Positions 58,053 to 64,000 of a stretch of 64,000 bases of DNA are shown in pieces. The position numbers were made by a program, and so were the translations under genes. Below the pieces are notes generated by a model, which saw only the letters and a list, made by a program, of their open reading frames with translations, did not search any database and was not told where the DNA came from. Origin of the DNA: Elusimicrobiota bacterium (GTDB taxonomy: Bacteria > Elusimicrobiota > Elusimicrobia > UBA1565); NCBI GenBank assembly GCA_043819795.1, contig JBDREN010000071.1, positions 1-64,000 of the forward strand, in the 5' to 3' direction. Numbering within the stretch: the stretch's first letter is position 1; each line of letters starts with the position of its first letter.

Positions 58053-59678
58053 ATGAACGTCCCCGACTCCAGGCGCTTTCCGTTCGTCGCGATCGCCGCC
58101 GCGCTGGCCGCTTTGCTCTTCGCCGACTACATCTACACCGCCTGGACGTGGCTGGCGTGGAACCGGCATCCCGGCCTCGCGCAGGACCCCTGGCTCCTGT
58201 ACGCGCTCGACGTGAGGGAGGGCGTCTCGGTGCCGATGGGGAACGATCATCCCCTCTACCCCTTCATCCTCTCGCTATGGGCCGGCCGGACGCCGGCAGC
58301 CTTCACGATCTCAAAGCTCTTCAGTCTCGCGCTCGGAGCGGCGACGCTGATCGCGGCCTACCGGGTCGGCGGCGTCCTCTTCGGCCGGCCGGCCGGGCTT
58401 CTGGCCGCGGCTTGCCTGTCGGTCAACTGGATATTCTTGTCCTTGAGCATGTCGCTGCGCGCGGAGGTGCTTCTGCCTCTTCTGTTCCTGCTCAACTGGT
58501 ACTGCGTCTGGCGGGGCTTCTCGGAAAGCGGGGCCTGGTGGCTGGCGGCGGGCGCGTTCGCCGGCCTCGCCTACCTGGCCAAGGGGACCGGGACCCTCCT
58601 CGTCCTCTCCTGGGCCGGGGCCGCGGCCGTGGTCTGGCTCCGCGACAAGAGCGTGTGGCGCAAGGCCCCTTGGTACCTGGCGGGCTTCCTGCCCCTCGCG
58701 GCGATCCTATGGTGGGGGAACCACCAGCTCTTCGGCGACATGACCTACAACTTCTCGGTCCGCCACGCCATGTGGCTCGACGTATGGCAAGGCTACTCGG
58801 ACCGGCCCCTCGAGACGTTGAGCCCGTGGGGATACGTGGCGAGCCACGGGTTGTCCGGAGTCGTCCGCCGAGTCGTCACGGGGGTCTGGAGGTTCGCCCC
58901 GGTCTCCGCCGCGTGCCTCTCCCCGGCCTCCTCGTTCCCTCTGCCGTACATGCTGCGCTGGCCGCTTTTCCTGGCCGCGGTCGCCGCCGTTTGGACGACG
59001 CGCCGCAGGATCCTCGCGGCCTTCGCGGGCTTGGAAGGGGGAGCTTGGTTCACGGGGATCCTTTGGGCGCTGTTCTTCGTCCTATTCTCCTGGTACCATC
59101 AGGTCTCCCCGAGCGAGCGCTTCGTGGGCCCGCTGAACCCGGTCATCTTCATCCTGATCGCGGCGGCGGCCGCGGGGGCCTGGGAGGTCGTGGAGTCGCG
59201 GCTGGCGGCGTACCCGTCGTGGCGGCGGCGCGTCGTCTGGCTCTTGGGCGGCGTTGCCCTGCTGACCGCCGCCGCGCTGTCGCTCAAGGTCCGCGATTGG
59301 GGCTGGCGGAACCCCTTCGCGGAGGACAGGCCGGCCGCGTGCTACCGCCACGTCTACGAGTGGGTGTCCGGACGCGAGGAGCCGGTCCTGTACGGTCCCA
59401 GCGGCGACCTGCCGTTCTGGTTGCTGCGTGCGCGGCCGCCGACGGTCGGATTGCCCGAAGGACCCCCGCCCGAGGACCTGGCGAGGTGGCTGGCGGAGCG
59501 GAAGGTGCGCGGCGCCGTGGTCGACTGGGACATGGCGGACAGCCCCTTCCTGGGCGGGTATTTCGAGACCGCGGGGGGGCAGGGCGTTCGGATGAAGCGT
59601 CCGTTGCCGGGCTGGAGGACCGTCTACGCCGATCCCCATCACCGGCCGCCGCACGTGCTGCTGCTTGAGAGGGATTGA
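58053..59678 (+). CDS. GT-C fold glycosyltransferase (ArnT/PMT-like)
   Basis: 'D..LY', 'HPLYP', 'RAE', 'GLAYLAK' and 'ERF' motifs across many TM helices. Confidence 0.8.
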   Translation: MNVPDSRRFPFVAIAAALAALLFADYIYTAWTWLAWNRHPGLAQDPWLLYALDVREGVSVPMGNDHPLYPFILSLWAGRTPAAFTISKLFSLALGAATLIAAYRVGGVLFGRPAGLLAAACLSVNWIFLSLSMSLRAEVLLPLLFLLNWYCVWRGFSESGAWWLAAGAFAGLAYLAKGTGTLLVLSWAGAAAVVWLRDKSVWRKAPWYLAGFLPLAAILWWGNHQLFGDMTYNFSVRHAMWLDVWQGYSDRPLETLSPWGYVASHGLSGVVRRVVTGVWRFAPVSAACLSPASSFPLPYMLRWPLFLAAVAAVWTTRRRILAAFAGLEGGAWFTGILWALFFVLFSWYHQVSPSERFVGPLNPVIFILIAAAAAGAWEVVESRLAAYPSWRRRVVWLLGGVALLTAAALSLKVRDWGWRNPFAEDRPAACYRHVYEWVSGREEPVLYGPSGDLPFWLLRARPPTVGLPEGPPPEDLARWLAERKVRGAVVDWDMADSPFLGGYFETAGGQGVRMKRPLPGWRTVYADPHHRPPHVLLLERD

Positions 59679-59719
59679 CCCGATCGAGAAGCGGGCGGGC
59701 GAGACTTCAGGCGAGCGTA

Positions 59720-61693
59720 TCAGTCCTTTTCCCGGCGGACGCCGGCCATGATCCAGAGGAAGAGGTCCCCGACGCGCGGGTCGAACATCCCTTCATGGAT
59801 GTCGCGCTGGATCTCCGCGAGCGCGGCGTGGGGAGTGCGGGGCTCCTGGTAGGGGCGCCAGGAGGTCAGCTCCTCGTAGGTGTCGGCGATCTGCACGATG
59901 CGCGCCACCGGGTTGATGTCCTTGCCTTTGAGCCCGTCGGGATAGCCCGAGCCGTCGACCCGCTCGTGGTGATGCCGGATCGCCTCCTTGACCTCCGGGC
60001 TGATGGGGAAGTTCTGCTCATCGAGGATCTTCTCCGCCTCCATGACGTGGGCTTTGATCAGGGCCTGGTCGGGCGGGGGCAGCTCCTGGAGGTGGTTCTC
60101 GAAGCTGAGCAGGTGCTCGGGCACGTTCCGCCTGCCCACGTCGTGCAGATAGCCGGTCAGGAACGCCGTCCGGACTTGCTCCGCGTCGAGCCCCATGGCG
60201 TTGGCCAGCGCCCCGGAGAGCGCCGCCGTCGCCTTGCCGTGCCCGATCGCCCCCTCCAGCGCCTCGACCGAGAGGACCAGCTCTTCGGGAAGCTTCACCT
60301 CGGTCGAGAGCTGGCGGTAGATCTCGACCACCTTGGCCGGCAGGCGTCCCGTGTCCGCCAGGGTGTCCTTGAGGCTGAGCACCTCGAAGGCGGGGACCCG
60401 TTCCTTCGTGCCGCTCATCGTGGAGTTGATCGTGATCAGGTCCCGGTCCTTGCCTTCCAGGAAGGCCGAGGCGAGCGCCTCCTCGATATTATGCCGCTCG
60501 CTGGGGTTCAGCTCCAGGGCGCGGCGGTGGTAGCTCAGCGTCTGGGTCATGTCGCCGAGCTTCGCGCATACGTTCGCCGCCTCGAGGCAGAGCTGCGAGG
60601 TGGGCTCCTCCGCGATCGAGTTCTTGAGGGTCACGAGGCGCGCCTCGAACCGGCGGACCTCCTCGGGGGTCAGCCCGCTGCGTATGCGGCGCACGTTGAA
60701 CCAGCGGCGCACCTGCTCGTAGGTCCTCTGGTCGATGCAGACCCCGCCTTCCGGGCTCACGGCCTGGAGCCGGGCGGCGAGATTGACCGTGTCGCCGATG
60801 GCCGTGTAGTTCTTGCGCATCTTGGAGCCCACGAGCCCGACGATGGAGGTCCCGGTCGCGATGCCGATGCGCATCTTCTGAGGGAAGCGCTTCTCCCTGA
60901 GCCGCTTCTGCATCCTCAAAGCCGCCAGCACGGAAAGCAAGGCGTGGTTCTGCGTCGCGATGGGCATGCCGAACTCCGCCAGCAGCCCGTCGCCGAGGTA
61001 TTTGTCCAGATGGCCTTTGAACCTCGCCAGGATCGGCTCCAGCGCCGAGAAGAGCTGGTTGAGGTCCTCGACCACCATCTCCGGCGGACGCGCCTTCGCG
61101 GACCGCGTGAAATCCACGAGGTCGGCGAAGAGGACAGAGAGCGGGCGCTTCTCGTTGCGGAGCTTGCGGTCCATGATGAGCTTCGCCACGTACGGGTCGA
61201 TCGTGGCGTGCAGGATGGATTCCGCCCGGTCCTTGTTCGCTATGATGGCTTTCCGCAGCTCCTTCTCCCGGGCGAGCTGTTCTTCGGCCTTCTCGTAGCG
61301 CGAGCGGAGCCGGTCGCCCGACCTGCCGACCAGCGCCCCGGCCGCCGCCAGGAAGAAGCCCCAGAGGACGATGTGGAGATAGGCCCACCCGCCCGCGGTC
61401 CCGCGCGAGAACGGAGCCGGATCGACGATCGTTGAGAATACCACCCAGCCGGCGCAGAAGATCGCGCCCGTGACCGCGGCGCGGGTGCTGATGAAGAAGC
61501 CGGCCAGCAGAACCGGGATGAAGAGCGCGCTCAGGTAGACCGGCTTTTCGTTGAAGAAGACGAAGATGAAGGCGATGACGGCCAGCGTGGACAGCATGAA
61601 CGCCAGCTCGTAGTTCTTGACGAGGACGTCGGGCCAGTTTTTCTTCAGTTCGGTGAGAATGCGTCGTCCGTCCTGCGGTTTTTCAGCCGGCAT
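59720..61693 (-). CDS. Membrane-anchored class III cyclase fused to a TPR-like insert and an HD-GYP phosphodiesterase
   Basis: ~4 TM; 'LFADLVDFT', 'DKYLGDG' and 'GDTVNLAARLQ'; 'LHDVG', 'HHERVDGSGYPDGL' and 'IAD'. Confidence 0.88.
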   Translation of the reverse strand: MPAEKPQDGRRILTELKKNWPDVLVKNYELAFMLSTLAVIAFIFVFFNEKPVYLSALFIPVLLAGFFISTRAAVTGAIFCAGWVVFSTIVDPAPFSRGTAGGWAYLHIVLWGFFLAAAGALVGRSGDRLRSRYEKAEEQLAREKELRKAIIANKDRAESILHATIDPYVAKLIMDRKLRNEKRPLSVLFADLVDFTRSAKARPPEMVVEDLNQLFSALEPILARFKGHLDKYLGDGLLAEFGMPIATQNHALLSVLAALRMQKRLREKRFPQKMRIGIATGTSIVGLVGSKMRKNYTAIGDTVNLAARLQAVSPEGGVCIDQRTYEQVRRWFNVRRIRSGLTPEEVRRFEARLVTLKNSIAEEPTSQLCLEAANVCAKLGDMTQTLSYHRRALELNPSERHNIEEALASAFLEGKDRDLITINSTMSGTKERVPAFEVLSLKDTLADTGRLPAKVVEIYRQLSTEVKLPEELVLSVEALEGAIGHGKATAALSGALANAMGLDAEQVRTAFLTGYLHDVGRRNVPEHLLSFENHLQELPPPDQALIKAHVMEAEKILDEQNFPISPEVKEAIRHHHERVDGSGYPDGLKGKDINPVARIVQIADTYEELTSWRPYQEPRTPHAALAEIQRDIHEGMFDPRVGDLFLWIMAGVRREKD

Positions 61694-61761
61694 CTTGCGG
61701 CCCCCCTACCGTCTGCTTGGTCAAAAGAGCGGAAAGCGACGATAGCGTCACGCCCGATTTA

Positions 61762-61821
61762 AGGATAGACGGGAACATTCCTGTTGTCAACGTGACTAAA
61801 GTTAAATCTTTGTCAAGATTT
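61762..61821 (-). promoter_or_regulatory. sigma70 promoter plus upstream palindrome
   Basis: TTGACA(61790-61785)-17 bp-TATCCT(61767-61762); AAATCTT-N4-AAGATTT at 61804-61821. Confidence 0.7.
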
Positions 61822-61844
61822 TATGAACGAAATGCAGGCCCGGC

Positions 61845-63821
61845 CTATTCGTAGCGCAGCGCGTCTATGGGGTGCAGGGCGGCCGCCTTGCGCGCGGGCC
61901 AGAGCCCGAAGACGATGCCGACCCCGGCGGAGAACGCCACGGCCAGCGCCACCGAGGCCGGCGAGATGGCTGCGGCCCAGCCGGCGATCTTCGCCATGGC
62001 CATGGTGATGGACCAGCCCAGAAGGATGCCCGCCAGCCCTCCGGCGATGCTGATGACCACGGCCTCGATGAGGAACTGGGAAAGGATGTCGTTTCTGCTC
62101 GCGCCCACGGCTTTTCTCAGGCCGATCTCCCGGGTGCGCTCCGTGACGGAGACGAGCATGATGTTCATGATGCCTATGCCGCCCACCAGCAGGGAGATCG
62201 CCGCGATGGAGGCCAAAAGAGCGGACATGGTCTTGCTGGTCGACGTGATCATCTCTTGTATCTCGGCCATGTTGCGGATCCGGAAGGCGTCCTCCTGCCG
62301 GGCCGGGGGGACGCGGTGCCTGCGGATGACCAGCTGCTGCACGGCCGTCTGTACGGGCTCCAGCTGCTCGGCGCTGGCCGCCTCGATATCTATGGAGTCC
62401 ACATACTTCTTTCCCAGCACCCGGCGCATGGCGGTCAAGAGCGGGATGGCGACCGTGTCGTCCCGGTCGCGGTGCCCGGCGCTCCCCTTCTCGGGCAGCA
62501 CCCCGACCACCTGGAAGCTGATGCGGTTGATCTTGATGAACTCGCCGATGGGGCTTTTCCCCTCGAAGAGCTCCCGGGCCACCGTGAGCCCCAGAACGGC
62601 GACCCGGGCCCGGTTGAGGTTCTCCTCGGCGGTGAAGAACCGGCCGATCTCCGGCTCCGAGGCCCGCATGGCCGCGTACTCGGGCATGACCCCTTCGAGG
62701 CTCGTGCTCCAGTTCATGTTGCCGTAGACGATCTGGCCGCGCCCGGACACGCTGGGGCAGACCCGGCGGACCCCCGCGATCTCAGCGATGGCCCTCGCGT
62801 CCTCGGGCGTCAGCCGGGTCACGGAACCCGACTCCATGGCCACGCCGCCCGACCGGCGGGAGCCCGGCCGCAGGTTCAGGAGGTTCGAGCCCATGGAGGC
62901 GAGGCGCTGCTCGATGGAACGCTGGGCGCCGGTGCCCAGCGCGAGCATCGCGACCACGGCGGCCACGCCGATGAGGATTCCCAGCATGGAGAGCGCGGTG
63001 CGGACCTTGTTGGCGAGCAGCGCCCGCGTCGCGTGGCGGAAGTGCTCGAGGAACTCTTTGGCGCTGCCCGCGAGGGAAGTCCTGCTCCGGGAAGCCGGTG
63101 CGGGCGCGCCGCCGTCCGTCTCCGCGCGCGGGGCTCTCTCGGGCCCCTGGTCCCCCGACGGCTCGTCGGATTGGATCTTGCCGTCGTGCATCCGGATGAT
63201 GCGCCGCGCCTGCTTGGCGATCTCGGGGTCGTGCGTCACGATCACCACCGTGATCCCCTGGGCGTTGAGCTGCCCGAGCAGGCCCAGGATTTCCTTGCCG
63301 CTCTTGGAGTCGAGATTCCCGGTGGGCTCGTCCGCGAAGATCACGCGCGGCTCGTTAATGAGGGCGCGCGCCACCGCCACGCGCTGCTGCTGGCCTCCGG
63401 AAAGCTCGTTGGGCTTGTGATCGAGCCGGTCGCCCAGACCCACGTTCTCGAGCAGCCGGGCAGCCCGTCTCGGATCGTGTCCGTTGCCGCAATAAAGCAG
63501 GGGCAGGCTCACGTTTTCGAAGCTGCTGGTCCTGGGCAGCAGGTTGAACTGCTGGAAGATGAATCCCAAAGTCCTGCCCCTCAGCGCGGCCAGCTCGTCC
63601 TCGGAGAGGGCCGAGACCTCCCTCCCGAAGAGGTTGTAGGAGCCTTTGTCCGGCACATCCAGCAGGCCGAGGATATGCATCAGCGTGGACTTGCCGGAGC
63701 CTGAGGGTCCCATGATGGCGACGAACTCCCCTTCCCGGACGGTCAGGGAGACCCCGCGCAGGGCATGGACCGTCACCTGCCCCATCTGGTAGGTCTTGTG
63801 GACGTCCCGGATCTCGATCAT
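61845..63821 (-). CDS. macB: MacB-type fused ABC ATPase/permease
   Basis: GPSGSGKST, LSGGQQQRV, 'LSMLGILIGV' and 'GGIGIMNIMLVSVTERTREIG'. Confidence 0.93.
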   Translation of the reverse strand: MIEIRDVHKTYQMGQVTVHALRGVSLTVREGEFVAIMGPSGSGKSTLMHILGLLDVPDKGSYNLFGREVSALSEDELAALRGRTLGFIFQQFNLLPRTSSFENVSLPLLYCGNGHDPRRAARLLENVGLGDRLDHKPNELSGGQQQRVAVARALINEPRVIFADEPTGNLDSKSGKEILGLLGQLNAQGITVVIVTHDPEIAKQARRIIRMHDGKIQSDEPSGDQGPERAPRAETDGGAPAPASRSRTSLAGSAKEFLEHFRHATRALLANKVRTALSMLGILIGVAAVVAMLALGTGAQRSIEQRLASMGSNLLNLRPGSRRSGGVAMESGSVTRLTPEDARAIAEIAGVRRVCPSVSGRGQIVYGNMNWSTSLEGVMPEYAAMRASEPEIGRFFTAEENLNRARVAVLGLTVARELFEGKSPIGEFIKINRISFQVVGVLPEKGSAGHRDRDDTVAIPLLTAMRRVLGKKYVDSIDIEAASAEQLEPVQTAVQQLVIRRHRVPPARQEDAFRIRNMAEIQEMITSTSKTMSALLASIAAISLLVGGIGIMNIMLVSVTERTREIGLRKAVGASRNDILSQFLIEAVVISIAGGLAGILLGWSITMAMAKIAGWAAAISPASVALAVAFSAGVGIVFGLWPARKAAALHPIDALRYE

Positions 63822-63835
63822 GATAGCGTCAAGCC

Positions 63836-64000
63836 TCAGTGCCCACCGGAGCCCCCGCCCCCGCCGCCTCGGTCGCCTCCTCCGCCGCCGCTCCCGCCTC
63901 CTCCGCCTCCTCGGCCGCCGCTCCCGCCTCCTCCGCCTCCTCGGCCGCCGCCGCCGCGCCCCCTTCCGAAGGGCATGAAGGGGTTGGAGCCGGCGCTCTC
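63836..64000 (-). CDS. C-terminus of a probable MacA-like periplasmic adaptor with Gly-rich tail (partial)
   Basis: ESAGSNPFMP followed by poly-Gly with scattered R/S, ending ...SGGH*, directly upstream of macB; built from ~30-bp tandem units. Confidence 0.6.
   Translation of the reverse strand, partial: ESAGSNPFMPFGRGRGGGGRGGGGGGSGGRGGGGGGSGGGGGDRGGGGGGSGGH

Overview
High-GC (roughly 65-70%) chromosomal segment of a diderm bacterium. The gene content (PorV-like barrels paired with proteins ending in T9SS-like C-terminal domains, and a MerR-ExeA-led Gsp cluster) suggests an Elusimicrobiota-like lineage; this is inference only. From left to right: the end of a two-gene IS (DUF6788-like gene plus DDE transposase, truncated by the window); a cNMP-binding/AI-2E/glutamate dehydrogenase operon; glpK; small genes; a GIY-YIG gene followed by REP-like tandem palindromes; a CHASE2 Ser/Thr kinase-PP2C-FHA operon; sucCD-ccdA; CHASE2 adenylate cyclase plus DUF3307; thiolase-exonuclease-hutH (frameshifted)-hutU-yajQ. 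A ~31 kb minus-strand block (26.7-57.9 kb) is mostly secretion-related: a LamG protein, a Pro/Ala-linker lipoprotein, [S8 protease-Fn3-CTD + PorV-like], a near-complete type II secretion cluster, two radical SAM genes, and [TIMP-like protein + metzincin-Fn3x~15-CTD + PorV-like]. It is followed by a GT-C glycosyltransferase, an adenylate cyclase/HD-GYP fusion and macAB. The best candidate for an undescribed system is the T2SS bracketed by two translationally coupled 'CTD cargo + dedicated PorV-like barrel' cassettes. No rRNA, tRNA or CRISPR array was recognised. All domain calls come from motifs read by eye; no database searches were run.
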